Translations under genes and position numbers: made by a program
Shown: piece by piece, positions 39,926-50,490 of the stretch
Layout of the letters: the number at the start of each line of letters is the position of its first letter
How positions within the stretch are numbered: the stretch's first letter is position 1
NCBI GenBank assembly: GCA_965224245.1
Contig: OZ245046.1
Coordinates: 5,184,001-5,248,000, forward strand
DNA length: 64,000 bases
Direction: 5' to 3'
Origin: Candidatus Eiseniibacteriota bacterium
GTDB taxonomy: Bacteria > Eisenbacteria > RBG-16-71-46 > CAZAMP01
Notes under the pieces: generated by a model
Databases searched by the model: none
Told to the model about the DNA's origin: nothing
Seen by the model: only the letters and a program-made list of their open reading frames with translations

Positions 39926-41974
39926 TCAATCCGTGAGCACCAGCCGGTGTGACGTGAGCTGCCCGCCCGCCCCCAGCGCCAGGAAGTAGACTCCGGGGGC
40001 GACCCGCCGCCCGGCCCCGTCGCGCCCGTCCCAGCTCACGATGGACCGCCCCACGCGCTCGTCGACACGCAGCCGTCGCACGCGGCGGCCTCCGACGTCG
40101 AAGACGTCGTGCACGTCCAGGACCGGTGCCCCCAGCACCTCAACCCGGAACCTCGGCGCCGGATTGGCGAACGCCCCCACGCGATAGGCGGCGCTCGATG
40201 CCACGTCTCCGGTCCCCAGGAGCGCCCAGTCGGTGATCGGAAGCACGAGATGACTCGGATGCAGAACGTCCGCGTAGACCCCCACCGTTCCCTGGACGCT
40301 CGGCCCGCCCCAGCCGAACGGGTTGCCGTCCTGCGGATTGACCGCGAACCGGGGGTAGTTGCTGTTGGTCACCGTGACCACGATGCGGTGGCCCACGTCG
40401 AACGCGATGGCCGTGGACCAGAGATCCACCTCGTACTCGGCCACCGTCCACGGCGTCACGGGCTCCTCGACCTCGAAGCCGTTCCGGAAGCGCGCGCGCA
40501 GGACGCCGTCGGTCACGAGCATCTCGCGACCGTCCGGATACCTGTCGATGAGCTTCACGCACCAGTCGATGTCGCGCGTGGAGACCTCCGCCCAGAAGTG
40601 GAAACGGACCTTGCCCATGATCGTCAGCGGCACCGTCATCGCGTCGCTCTGGAAGCGGACACCGTCCGTGCGACCCGCGTGGGCCGGGACCTGGTCCATC
40701 GGGCCGGCCGGGATGTTCAGGTTGCGGCCGCCGCGGGTGGAAACCGGGTCCGCGGGGTCGTTCTCGTACCAGGCCGTGTCGTACTCGAGCTCGGGCGGGT
40801 AGCTCTGGAGCGTGCGCGGCTTGTCGGCGTCGGGGCCGTGCAGATAGAACGGCGTGTCCCAGGCCGCCTGGGGAAACGTGTCGGAGAAGCGCCACTCGTT
40901 TCCCGCGCTGAACGGCGCGCCGGGATCGCCCATCACGTACACCTGAGCCGCCGGCTCGTCCTCGATCCCGTTCTCGACGCCCTTCACCCAGCGGTCGTAC
41001 CAGCGCCAGATGACGCTGTCGGCCTCGAAGCCGGCGTGAGGTGGGTACGTGAGCTCGCCCTGAACCGTCTCGCCGATCCCGAAGTGCGTCCATGGTCCGA
41101 GCACGAGCTTCTGCCGGCCCGCCGCGCCCGGGCCGCCCTCGGACTGCAGGTATCGAAACGCGTCGACCGCCGACTCGCCGAAGATGTCGTAGTGGCCGCC
41201 CACGTGGAGGATCGGTACCGTCACATCCGACGCCCGCGTACGAAGGTCGAGCGCGTCCCAGAACGGGTCGTGCGTCGGATGTGCGAGGAAGAACGGCAGC
41301 ATCTCCTCGGAGCCCTGATCCTCGAACCAGCCTTCCACCAGTGACTCGCGATACGCGCCGCCCTGGAAGAACGCCTTCTGGTAGAAGTCGTCGCACGCGA
41401 TGGTCGACACGCACGCCTTCAGCGCGGGGGGGACCGCACCCGCGGCCAGGTACTGGACGATGCCGCGCGCCGATTCCCCGACCATCCCCACCGCGCCGTT
41501 GCTCCAGGGGCGGGTCGCGATCCACTCCACGGTGTCGAAGCCATCCTGGTTCGCGCCCCACGCGTCGGTCCAGAACGTGGAGTCGGCACCCTCGGAGGCG
41601 TAACGCCCGCGCATGTCCTGCGCGACGTACGCGTAGCCGCGACTGCGCGCCTCCTGGATGAACTCGGGGTCGATCGCGCGCGGGTCGGTGGCCTTGTTGT
41701 ACGGCGTTCGCATCAGGATCGCCGGCCACGGTCCCGGTGACGTGGGCAGATAGACGTCGGTCGCGAGAAGGGTTCCGTCGCGCATCGGGACCGACGCCGC
41801 GATGTCCTGCCCGCGTGCGGACGTCGTCGCGGTCGCGGTCAGCACGAGGCCGACGAGCGATGCCAGGGCGGCGGTCCCGCGACCGACCGGGAACGCGTGT
41901 CGAAATGGAGCGAGACCCGAACGGAAGCGCCTCGCGGCGCGGCCCCCGGGCGGGCTGGGCGCAGTGTTGATCAT
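39926..41974 (-). CDS. CocE/NonD (S15) family hydrolase with FlgD-Ig CTD
   Basis: PMRDGTLLATD, RTPY, QDMRGRYASEG, GESARG nucleophile, GPWTH, SNYPRF; WDGRDGAG..VAPGVYF; start uncertain. Confidence 0.88.
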   Translation of the reverse strand: MINTAPSPPGGRAARRFRSGLAPFRHAFPVGRGTAALASLVGLVLTATATTSARGQDIAASVPMRDGTLLATDVYLPTSPGPWPAILMRTPYNKATDPRAIDPEFIQEARSRGYAYVAQDMRGRYASEGADSTFWTDAWGANQDGFDTVEWIATRPWSNGAVGMVGESARGIVQYLAAGAVPPALKACVSTIACDDFYQKAFFQGGAYRESLVEGWFEDQGSEEMLPFFLAHPTHDPFWDALDLRTRASDVTVPILHVGGHYDIFGESAVDAFRYLQSEGGPGAAGRQKLVLGPWTHFGIGETVQGELTYPPHAGFEADSVIWRWYDRWVKGVENGIEDEPAAQVYVMGDPGAPFSAGNEWRFSDTFPQAAWDTPFYLHGPDADKPRTLQSYPPELEYDTAWYENDPADPVSTRGGRNLNIPAGPMDQVPAHAGRTDGVRFQSDAMTVPLTIMGKVRFHFWAEVSTRDIDWCVKLIDRYPDGREMLVTDGVLRARFRNGFEVEEPVTPWTVAEYEVDLWSTAIAFDVGHRIVVTVTNSNYPRFAVNPQDGNPFGWGGPSVQGTVGVYADVLHPSHLVLPITDWALLGTGDVASSAAYRVGAFANPAPRFRVEVLGAPVLDVHDVFDVGGRRVRRLRVDERVGRSIVSWDGRDGAGRRVAPGVYFLALGAGGQLTSHRLVLTD

Positions 41975-42106
41975 GCGTGGATTCTAGGCGATCGGCTCCG
42001 ATGGGGGGAGACAATCCGGCGCTCGCCGCTGCGCGGGCCGCGAAGCGGGCCGGCGGGGCACGTGCGGCGAGGTCGATCGTGAACGGATGTTCGGGTACGG
42101 TCGGTT

Positions 42107-42976
42107 TCAGCCTCCGGGGGCTTCCCGGGCGAGGTACGGGGGACGCCAGGACGCCCTCGGCCCGGACGATCGGAGGAACCACACGAGCCAGGGTACCCCG
42201 ACCCCCGCGCCCACGGCGCCCAGCCACCATGCGGCGCGGAAGCTCTCGAGGGAGTCGGTCCTGGGCAGGTAGGCGTCGGCGGCGATCAGCACCAGAACGA
42301 GTGCGTTGTTGCCGGCGTGTACGAGCATGGGCACACGCAACGAGCGCGTGCGAGCGTAGAGCACGACCTGCACGAGGCCGAACGCGAACCCCCCGATCAT
42401 GTCGGCGTGCAGGACGGCGAACGTGGCCGCGGAGCCGAAGATCCCCACGTCCGGTCCGTACCGATGGGTCCACCGGGTGAAGACGACACCGCGGAAGACG
42501 AGCTCTTCGACGACGGGAGCCAGCACCACGAGCAGGACCGCGTTCGCGACCGCGATCAGGGGTCTGCCGGCCGGAAAGAGATCCGGGTCATCGAGGAGAA
42601 ACGACTCGACGAAGCCCGGGAACGGGAACGAGAGCGGCACGTAGCAGAGGAACACACCCGCCAGCGACAGCGCCACGAGCGGCAAGACGGTGCCCAGCGC
42701 CACGCGCGCGCTCGCACGATCGACCGGAGGACCGACGAGCCGGTTCAGCTGAACGCCGTACGTGTGAGCGACCCCCGAGAGCAGCACCCCGAGCACGGCG
42801 TACCCGATCGCCTGCGCGAACGGGTCGTCGAGGGCTGCCGGGATCGCGACCCCGAGCGCGCGCTCGCTGATCGCGGACACGAGCGTGAGGGCGAGCCAGG
42901 TGGCGAGGCCCGCGAGCAGTGCGATCAGAAGACACAGACGCGCGGTCAGCCGGTCGAATGGATTCGCGGTCGACAC
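42107..42976 (-). CDS. CPBP (CAAX protease/Abi) intramembrane glutamic endopeptidase
   Basis: APVVEELVFRG, FAVLH, HAGNN; multiple TM helices. Confidence 0.88.
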   Translation of the reverse strand: MSTANPFDRLTARLCLLIALLAGLATWLALTLVSAISERALGVAIPAALDDPFAQAIGYAVLGVLLSGVAHTYGVQLNRLVGPPVDRASARVALGTVLPLVALSLAGVFLCYVPLSFPFPGFVESFLLDDPDLFPAGRPLIAVANAVLLVVLAPVVEELVFRGVVFTRWTHRYGPDVGIFGSAATFAVLHADMIGGFAFGLVQVVLYARTRSLRVPMLVHAGNNALVLVLIAADAYLPRTDSLESFRAAWWLGAVGAGVGVPWLVWFLRSSGPRASWRPPYLAREAPGG

Positions 42977-43149
42977 GCGGCGTCCCTTCGCGGTGGAGGT
43001 CCACAAGTGGTGGATGTTCAGTGACTTGTGGATCTCCCGGGGCGAGGATGATGAGCGAGCTGCGTGATGCTACCACAACTCACGCTCTACACCGGTAGAT
43101 GACCACATCGAGACGGACGAACGGCGACGGACGACCAGGAGGTATCGAG

Positions 43150-43878
43150 GTGGGCAAGGTGAGCGCGCTCGACTACGCGTTGATGGCCAACGCGGTGTAC
43201 GAGAATGACCAGGCCAGCGCGGCCGTGGCCGGCTGGAGCGTCGGCTCGTTCTACGAGGGACGGTCGTGGGGCGGCCTGAAGGCCGATGGGTTCCAGGGGT
43301 GCTTCTACGTCCGCGAGTCCACCAAGGAAGTGGTGGTGGCCTTCCGCGGCACGCAGCCGACGAGCTTCAACGATCTCACGGCCGACCTGAAGATCGCGAT
43401 CGGACTCCTGCCCAATCAGTGCAGCTCGGCGTGGCGGCTCTTCGAGCAGACGCTCGAGCAGTACGCATCGTACGACATCACGCTGACCGGGCACTCCCTC
43501 GGAGGTGCGCTGGCCCAGGTGGTCGGTCACTGGAGCGGCCGCCCGTTCTGCACCTTCAACGCGCCGGGCATGTGGGGCGACATCCAGAAGTCGAAGATCA
43601 ACGTGCTCGCGCCCCAGAAGATGTGGCGGTCGCTCAAGGGAACGTTCATCGGCTCCGCGACCGCGAAGCAGTCGGCGAACACGGGGCGGAACTTCCGGAA
43701 CATTCTCGATCCGGTCAGCGCCTACGGCATGCACTACGGGCCGGTCACACGGTTCTACAACGCGGGCGTGCACTCGATGTCGGACATGGTCGAGTACGTC
43801 CGCCGCTCCCGGTGGGCCGACAAGAACCCCTTCGCGCACCGGGAGTGGGGCGAGCTGGGTAGCGGCAAGAAGCTGTGA
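43150..43878 (+). CDS. Lipase class 3 / Mbeg1-like alpha/beta hydrolase
   Basis: VVAFRGT, TGHSLGGALAQ, TFNAPG, DPVS, H near C-terminus; AGGAGGT RBS before GTG 43150. Confidence 0.85.
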   Translation: MGKVSALDYALMANAVYENDQASAAVAGWSVGSFYEGRSWGGLKADGFQGCFYVRESTKEVVVAFRGTQPTSFNDLTADLKIAIGLLPNQCSSAWRLFEQTLEQYASYDITLTGHSLGGALAQVVGHWSGRPFCTFNAPGMWGDIQKSKINVLAPQKMWRSLKGTFIGSATAKQSANTGRNFRNILDPVSAYGMHYGPVTRFYNAGVHSMSDMVEYVRRSRWADKNPFAHREWGELGSGKKL

Positions 43879-44820
43879 CGAGACGAAGGAAGATCGGCGA
43901 GCTCGGCTCGGTGGTGGGGGCCAACCGTCCAGCTGGGCCGAGCCCGCCTCGGGCATGTATGTGGGCTCGGAGGTGCCGGCGGGCGCCGGTGAAGGCGCGT
44001 CGCGCCGTGTGAGGCGCAACCGCGTCATCCCGGCGGCGGGCGCCTCTTCGCACTCTCCGAGCCCGAACGCTCCGATCCGATCACCACAGGGGCTCGTGCC
44101 TGGCAAGCACGGCGAGTCGGCACTTGGAGCGTGTATCCCTCCGGTGTCCTGTCCCGCGACCAATAGGCGACGGCACAGCCGATGAGCGCGAGATCGGTGG
44201 CTTCTCGCAATCGGGCTGCACCGTCGCCACACCTGTCGAGCTCACCCCGAGCACGCGTCGACGGGGTGGTCTCCCACGACTTCGACGAACTCGTCGTGGC
44301 ACGCGACGTTGTCCCGAGGGACGCGGTCCCGGACGACGAGTTCGCCGTGAAGCAACCTCGACTGCGCCCGTCATGACGAGGTTGCGTTCAATCGAACGAG
44401 GGCGCGACCCTCTCCGAGCGATCGGGCACGCCGATCGGGACGACCCCTTCGGGTCGTGACGATCACTGACGACCGCCACCGCGATCCGAAAGCGTGGCCA
44501 CGAGCCCCAGGCTCGTTCCCATGACGTCGAGGGAACCGATCCGGTGCCCGTGACCCCGTGGGGTCGCTCGGGGTGCTCGGCGCGGCGGAGCCCATGCCGC
44601 ATGGAGCGTCTCGCCGGACGGATCCGCCTCTGGTGGATCGCGGTGGCGTCGGGGCGGAGACGACCTATGGCACTATGGTCCGACTCCGCTCACGGGACCC
44701 ATCGTGACCCCGGGCAACCGAGCCACGCCATGATGCGTTTGCATCATTTGCCGCTCGCACCACGCGGCCGGGGAGGTACCGCCGAGGCGTGATGGCGCCC
44801 CACGTTCCGGCCCCGATCCG

Positions 44821-47016
44821 TCAGCGACGCGAGAGCTTTCGCACCAGCGTGCCCCGATCGGACGTCGCGCGGAGGAAGTAGACGCCGCTCGGCACGTCGG
44901 ACGCCAGCGTGTCCCATCGGAACTCGGCACGTCCGTTCACGACCGGAACGTCGCCGAGCCGCGCCACGAGCCGGCCGCTCACGTCGTGCAGCGAGAACGC
45001 GGCGCGCGAGGCCCCCGGCAGCCCGAGCGTGATCGTGGCCGACCGGTGGACCGGATTGGGCGCCACCGTCAGCGAGCTCATCGCCTCGACGACCGTCGGG
45101 GCCGTGGCCACGATGTCGCCGGTGACCTCTTCGGTCAGCCAGGCCGCGCTCTCGGGGGAGATGAAGATGTGCTCCTCGTTCGCGTCGGGCACGAAGCAGC
45201 GCACGAACGGCGTCGAGGCGCCGGTCACGTCCATGAACGGATCGTCGGTCTCGAGGCCGAGCGCGCTCACGGTAGGAATGAAGCAGTGACTCGGATGAAG
45301 CGCGACGATGTCGCCGAACGGAGCCGACACGGCGTCCATCTGCGCCATGCTGGGGCGAAGCCCGCCCGGCGCGTTGTCCCAGGGGCTGGTGCCGGACACG
45401 GTGACGTTCTGGACCTCCGCCGGGAGCCCGAGGATGTCGAGGAGGCCCGCGAAGATCAGCTGCGACGAGCCGTCGGGCAGCGCCCAGACGTTGCCGGTCA
45501 GGTCCACCAGGAAGCTGGAGTACTCCCAGCGGATGATCTGTGCGCCGGGACCGTAGCCCTGATCGGCGCCGATGCCACTTCCGTTCGAGACGCACACGAG
45601 CCGCGGCCCGGAGGGATAGTCCCCGAGCGCGGCCAGCTCGGCGACGAGCACATCGCGAAGCGGATCGGGCTCGCCGGTGGTTCCCGCCGGGCTCGTGTGG
45701 TGGTAGCGCAGCATCTGCCGCGCACCCGGTGAGTCGAGCGACTCGAGGAAGGATGCCGCGTCCGCCGAGTCGTCGGCGAAGAAGGCCACCCAGTACTGGA
45801 TGCCGAGCGGGATGTTCGCGCCGGTCTGCGGAGCGTCGAACGAGATGAACGTGCGCACGTTCGCGTCGAGGTCGTTCGCCTCCATGTAGGCCAGCGCATA
45901 GCGACAGCAGAGCCCGCCCATGCTCGCCCCGACGAGGACGAGATCCTGGTCCGGCGCGATCACTGCGTTCACCTGGGCCAGGAGCTCCATGACCAGATAC
46001 GCGTTTCGCTGGATGTAGGTCGTGGGTGACACGAAGTCGAGGACCACCGCGTCGTAGCCGAGCGCCCGCAGCGACTCCAGCAGATTCTCCTGGTTCAGCA
46101 GGAGGTACAGGTCGTCCCAGTCGAGGTTGTCCTCGAGATCGAAGCCCTCGATCACGACGATCGGGTTCGTGATCTCGGTGTGACCCTCGGCGAGGTATAC
46201 GTAGGCGTCACCCGACGCGACGTCGCCCGCGTACGCGACCGTGCCGGTGACCGACAGGGTATCGTCGGGCAGGGGCACCCCGAGGCGCGTGACCTCGAAC
46301 GTGAACGACGCGTCGCGCTCGACGCCGCTCGCCGTGGTGTGTCGGACTCGCACGTGGCGAGTGCCGGGGTGCGTGTAACGGGCCACGACCGAGCGACCGG
46401 GGCTCAGCGCCCGGAACCCGAGGCCGTCGCCGGGATCGATCCGGACCGACTCGATCGGATCGTCGGCGTTGGTCGCGATGAGCCGCGGATCGAGAACGAA
46501 CCGTACGGCCTCGCCGCCGCTCGTCGCGTCGCACGTGGCCGCGGCGGCGAACGCGTGTCCCGACACGACGTCTGCCCCGGACGCCGCCACGTGTCCGGCT
46601 CCGTCCGTCACGATATCGCCCGATGCCACACGCGACGGATCGAGTCGGTCGTAGATCACGTCGAGGATCGCGACCGGCACGTCACCGCGTCGCTCGTGCT
46701 CGCGTGCGATCGCTCGCATCTCGTCACGCGATCGCCAGGGAACCGGGCCCGTCGCCGCGCGCTCGAGCTGATGGCGCATCTGCTGGAGCACACCGTACGT
46801 GATCGGCGTCTCGCCCGGTCGTCCGGTTTGCTCGGCCAGGTCGACGATGGGCAGCGCGCGATCGGCCAGGATCCCCGACGGAACGGCGCTCGCCGGAACG
46901 TGCTCGAGCGCGTCGTGCAGGGCGTCGCCGGCCGAGGCGTGGGCGCCGAGCCCGACGCCGGAGACGGCGAGGACGCCGAGCATCATCAGAGCGCGGCTGA
47001 TCGAGTGGCGAGACAT
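44821..47016 (-). CDS. Exported alpha/beta hydrolase with FlgD-Ig CTD
   Basis: Signal peptide, IVVIEGFD, GASMGG nucleophile, DAPQTGANIPLGIQ, HCFIPTVSAL, PNP..HDVSGRLV..WD..SGVYF. Confidence 0.85.
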   Translation of the reverse strand: MSRHSISRALMMLGVLAVSGVGLGAHASAGDALHDALEHVPASAVPSGILADRALPIVDLAEQTGRPGETPITYGVLQQMRHQLERAATGPVPWRSRDEMRAIAREHERRGDVPVAILDVIYDRLDPSRVASGDIVTDGAGHVAASGADVVSGHAFAAAATCDATSGGEAVRFVLDPRLIATNADDPIESVRIDPGDGLGFRALSPGRSVVARYTHPGTRHVRVRHTTASGVERDASFTFEVTRLGVPLPDDTLSVTGTVAYAGDVASGDAYVYLAEGHTEITNPIVVIEGFDLEDNLDWDDLYLLLNQENLLESLRALGYDAVVLDFVSPTTYIQRNAYLVMELLAQVNAVIAPDQDLVLVGASMGGLCCRYALAYMEANDLDANVRTFISFDAPQTGANIPLGIQYWVAFFADDSADAASFLESLDSPGARQMLRYHHTSPAGTTGEPDPLRDVLVAELAALGDYPSGPRLVCVSNGSGIGADQGYGPGAQIIRWEYSSFLVDLTGNVWALPDGSSQLIFAGLLDILGLPAEVQNVTVSGTSPWDNAPGGLRPSMAQMDAVSAPFGDIVALHPSHCFIPTVSALGLETDDPFMDVTGASTPFVRCFVPDANEEHIFISPESAAWLTEEVTGDIVATAPTVVEAMSSLTVAPNPVHRSATITLGLPGASRAAFSLHDVSGRLVARLGDVPVVNGRAEFRWDTLASDVPSGVYFLRATSDRGTLVRKLSRR

Positions 47017-47168
47017 GCAGACCTCCGATTCGACGTCAGACCGGATGCCGGGGCGGCGGGCGGAACGTGCGGCGTCCGGTCGTGATGAGATGGTGCGAGC
47101 CCGGCGCGTGCGATGACGTGGAGAATCGTGCCCGACGGAAGCGGTTCGCGTCAATCGGCGCCGGAGTC

Positions 47169-48479
47169 TCAGGAGTCGCCGGAGTCGCCGGAGGCTCCGG
47201 TGGCGCCCGCGGCGATGGCCGCGTTCGACGCGGCGCGGAGGCCCGACGCGACGTCCGCTCCGGTGGGCAGCTGGAACACGCGCAGGCCGAACTCCGGAAT
47301 CACCGCGATCAGATGATCGAAGATGTCGGCCTGAATGTCCTCGTAGTTCGCCCAGCGCTGGTCCTTGGAGAAGACGTAGATCTCGATGGGGATGCCGCGC
47401 TCGGTGGGCGGCAGCTGGCGGACGAGAAACGTCAGGTCCGGGTGGACCTCCGGGTGCGCACGGAGATAGGCCTCCACGTAGTGCCGGAACGTGCCCAGAT
47501 TCGTCAGCCGGCGGCCGTTGATGATCTCGTCGTCGTCACCGAAGCCGCGCTCGGCGTTCCACGCGGCGATCTCGTCGAGCTTGCGGTCGATGTAGTCGTT
47601 CAGGAGCGAGAAGCGTCGCCAGCGTTCGATGGTGTCGGTGTCGGCGATGCGCACGGTGGTCATGTCGATCGCGATCGAACGCTTGATCCGCCGCCCCCCG
47701 GACTCGGACATCCCGCGCCAGTTCTTGAACGACTCGCTGACCAGGGCATACGAAGGGATGCTGCTGATCGTCTTGTCCCAGTTCTGAACCTTGACGGTGG
47801 TCAGCGAGACGTCGATCACGTCGCCGTCGGCGTCGTACCTGGGCATCGAGATCCAGTCGCCCACCATCACCAGGTTGTTGGCCGAGATCTGGATGCCGGC
47901 CACGAGTCCCAGGATGGAGTCCTTGAAGATCAGCATCAGGACCGCGGTCAGCGCCCCCAGACCGCTCAGGAACGCGATCGGTGACTGTCCGAGGACCTTG
48001 GAGAGCACGATGACGGCGATGATGAAGAACGCGATGATCTTCACGAAGTCGAGGACGGTCTTGGCGGGGAAGCGCTGGGCGATCGGGTACTGACGGTAGA
48101 TGATCAGCATCGCGTTGAGGGTCGCGTTCACCACCATCGCGCCCACGACGAGCATGTAGATCTGGGTGCCGCGGAGGACGAGATCGACGACGCGCGGGAG
48201 GTCGAAGAGCGCAAGAGGCGCCAGAAGCTGGACGATGATCGCGGGGGCGAGGTGGGCCAGGTGCCGGAACACGCCCTGGCCGACGAGCGTGTCGTCCCAG
48301 TCGGTCTTCGAGTGCTTCGCCAGGCCGACCACCGACCGGAGCAGGAGCCGGCGCGCGACGGCGTCCACAATCCAGGCCAGGATCGCGACGCCGAGGCACA
48401 GCACCACGTGAACCGTTCCCCGGGCCATGGTGTCGCTGAGTCCCTGCTGGATCAGCCAGCTCTGGGCGGTATCGAGCAT
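47169..48479 (-). CDS. MscS-family mechanosensitive channel (YbdG/MscM-like)
   Basis: GLGALTAVLMLIFKDSILGLVAGIQ, VKVQNWDKT, NWRGMSESGGRRIKRS, QADIFDH. Confidence 0.93.
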   Translation of the reverse strand: MLDTAQSWLIQQGLSDTMARGTVHVVLCLGVAILAWIVDAVARRLLLRSVVGLAKHSKTDWDDTLVGQGVFRHLAHLAPAIIVQLLAPLALFDLPRVVDLVLRGTQIYMLVVGAMVVNATLNAMLIIYRQYPIAQRFPAKTVLDFVKIIAFFIIAVIVLSKVLGQSPIAFLSGLGALTAVLMLIFKDSILGLVAGIQISANNLVMVGDWISMPRYDADGDVIDVSLTTVKVQNWDKTISSIPSYALVSESFKNWRGMSESGGRRIKRSIAIDMTTVRIADTDTIERWRRFSLLNDYIDRKLDEIAAWNAERGFGDDDEIINGRRLTNLGTFRHYVEAYLRAHPEVHPDLTFLVRQLPPTERGIPIEIYVFSKDQRWANYEDIQADIFDHLIAVIPEFGLRVFQLPTGADVASGLRAASNAAIAAGATGASGDSGDS

Positions 48480-48679
48480 GCGTGACGTCTCCGGGTTCCT
48501 GGTGAGAAGAGCCGACCATTCTGCCGATCCGGGTGGCGCGCGACAACCCCGCAGCCCACACCGCGCGCGAATCGCGCACGCATCGCGGTCGTGTATACTG
48601 CCACGCGGTTCGTTCGACCGTCCGTTTCGGGGGGTGTCCCGCGTGCTGGGGGCTCCGTCCCGGGTCCGAGTGGAGTCGC

Positions 48680-49735
48680 ATGGCGAAGCCCCCGTCCACG
48701 CACGCGTACTGCCCGAACTGCGGCAACGAGATCCTGGATCGGCGATACTGCGCCGAGTGCGGTCAGGAGAACGTCGCCGACGTCTATTCCGTTCGCGACA
48801 TGTTCCGGAGCGTCCTCGACGAGGCCCTGTCGCTGGACTCCAAGGTGGTCCGGAGCATGGTCCCGCTGCTCGTCAAGCCCGGCTTTCTGACCAACCAGTA
48901 CGTCGCGGGTCGCCGGGCGCACTTCGTGCGCCCACTGCGTCTCTATCTCGTGTCGAGCCTCCTGTTCTTCCTCGTGCTCTCGCTGACGAGCCAGGACAGC
49001 GGCATCCTGACGCTGGGATCGGCCGGCTCCCCCGAGGAGGAGGCCGCGCGCGACGCGCGGGCGGATTCGCTGGCCGCCGCGGTCGCGGACTCGCTGCGCG
49101 CCGAGGGGATCGTGGTCGCCGCCGACCAAGACGAGACGATCGGCGAGATCCTCGGCTCCACGGACCGCGCCGCGCCGCGGGCGGACCGGCCGGACTCGTT
49201 CCTCGCCGACTCCACGCACACCGGCGCGAGCACCGACGACGACGGCACCGACGACGACAACCTGACGGTCGACATCGGTGACGCGGGTGACATCCCGCTG
49301 ATCGGCGCGCACATGGTCGCTCAGAAGGAGAGGATCGAGTCCTTGACCGTGGACGAGCTGCAGACCGCCTTCGGGCGCACGTTCCGCCGCCACCTGCCGA
49401 AGACGGTGTTCGTGCTGGTGCCCGTGTTCGCGCTGATCCTGAAGCTCCTGTACGTGCGGCGCCGGCGCTACTACATCGAGCACCTGGTGTTCGCGTTCCA
49501 CGTGCATGCGTTCCTGTTCCTGATCTTCACCCTGATGGTCGTGAACCCCTGGACGCCGCTGGACGTCCTGCTGCTGATCTCGACGGTGGTCTATCTGTTC
49601 GTCGCGATACGCCGCGTGTACCGTCAGTCGTGGCCGAAGACGGTCCTCAAGTTCGTGATCCTGCAGAGCGCGTATCAGTCGGCGCTCGCGATGGCCCTGA
49701 TCCTGACCGCGCTGGTCACGGCGCTCACGATATGA
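48680..49735 (+). CDS. DUF3667 domain membrane protein
   Basis: CPNCG...YCAECGQ, LLVKPGFLT..YVAGRR..FVRPLRLYL, EHLVFAFH. Confidence 0.85.
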   Translation: MAKPPSTHAYCPNCGNEILDRRYCAECGQENVADVYSVRDMFRSVLDEALSLDSKVVRSMVPLLVKPGFLTNQYVAGRRAHFVRPLRLYLVSSLLFFLVLSLTSQDSGILTLGSAGSPEEEAARDARADSLAAAVADSLRAEGIVVAADQDETIGEILGSTDRAAPRADRPDSFLADSTHTGASTDDDGTDDDNLTVDIGDAGDIPLIGAHMVAQKERIESLTVDELQTAFGRTFRRHLPKTVFVLVPVFALILKLLYVRRRRYYIEHLVFAFHVHAFLFLIFTLMVVNPWTPLDVLLLISTVVYLFVAIRRVYRQSWPKTVLKFVILQSAYQSALAMALILTALVTALTI

Positions 49736-50490
49736 GACCCGACGCGGCGCCGGGGAGTCGCGGCCTCTCGCTGTCACCGCGGCTGGCGGCGATCGTGGAC
49801 CTCGTCCCCGATTCCGGCTCGGTGGCCGACGTGGGCTGCGATCACGCGCACGTCGCGATCGCCCTGGCCGCCCGCGGTCACCGGCACGTGATCGCGTGCG
49901 ATCGGGCCGAGGGGGCGCTCGCGATGGGACGAGAGCAGGCGCGCCGGTTCGGGATCTCCGGGATCGACTTTCGGCTGGGCGACGGGCTCGAGCCGCTGCG
50001 GCGCGGCGAGGTCGAGATCCTCCTCCTGGCGGGTGTCGGACATCTCACGATCCTGAACGTGCTGGGGCGCGCGCCCGCCGATGCGCTGGGCGCGAGACGC
50101 CTCGTCGTGCAGCCGACGACGGCGATTCCCCTCGTCCGGCGCGATCTCGGGCGGCGTGGTTGGCGATGCGTGGACGAGACCCTGGTTCGCGACCGGGGAC
50201 GGTTCCACTGGACGCTCGCGTACGAGCGGGATCCGTCGATGGCCGGGGCGGATCTCCCGTGGGACGATGATCCCTACACCGTGCGCGAGTGGGCGGTGGG
50301 CGAGGTCGTCGGTGAGTCGACGCACGAGATCTACGCCGCGTGGCTGGGCGCCGAGCGCACGCGCGTGAGCACGTGCCTTCTCAGAATCGCCAACGGGCGG
50401 GCGCCCGAAACTAATCGCAACCGGTTTCTGGCCTACCGGCGTATCCTGGACGCGGAAGTGTCCCGTCAGCAAGCGGAGGCCCGAACGTGA
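49732..50490 (+). CDS. trmK: tRNA (adenine22-N1)-methyltransferase, TrmK family
   Basis: LSPRLAAI, VADVGCDHA, RLGDGL, AGVG, LVVQP; ATGA overlap. Confidence 0.8.
   Translation: MRPDAAPGSRGLSLSPRLAAIVDLVPDSGSVADVGCDHAHVAIALAARGHRHVIACDRAEGALAMGREQARRFGISGIDFRLGDGLEPLRRGEVEILLLAGVGHLTILNVLGRAPADALGARRLVVQPTTAIPLVRRDLGRRGWRCVDETLVRDRGRFHWTLAYERDPSMAGADLPWDDDPYTVREWAVGEVVGESTHEIYAAWLGAERTRVSTCLLRIANGRAPETNRNRFLAYRRILDAEVSRQQAEART

Noticed and set aside
44700-44760. Group II intron 5' end (GTGCG on the minus strand at 44760)
   Set aside because: No recognisable domain V/VI or RT ORF; a 5-mer is expected by chance in GC-rich DNA.
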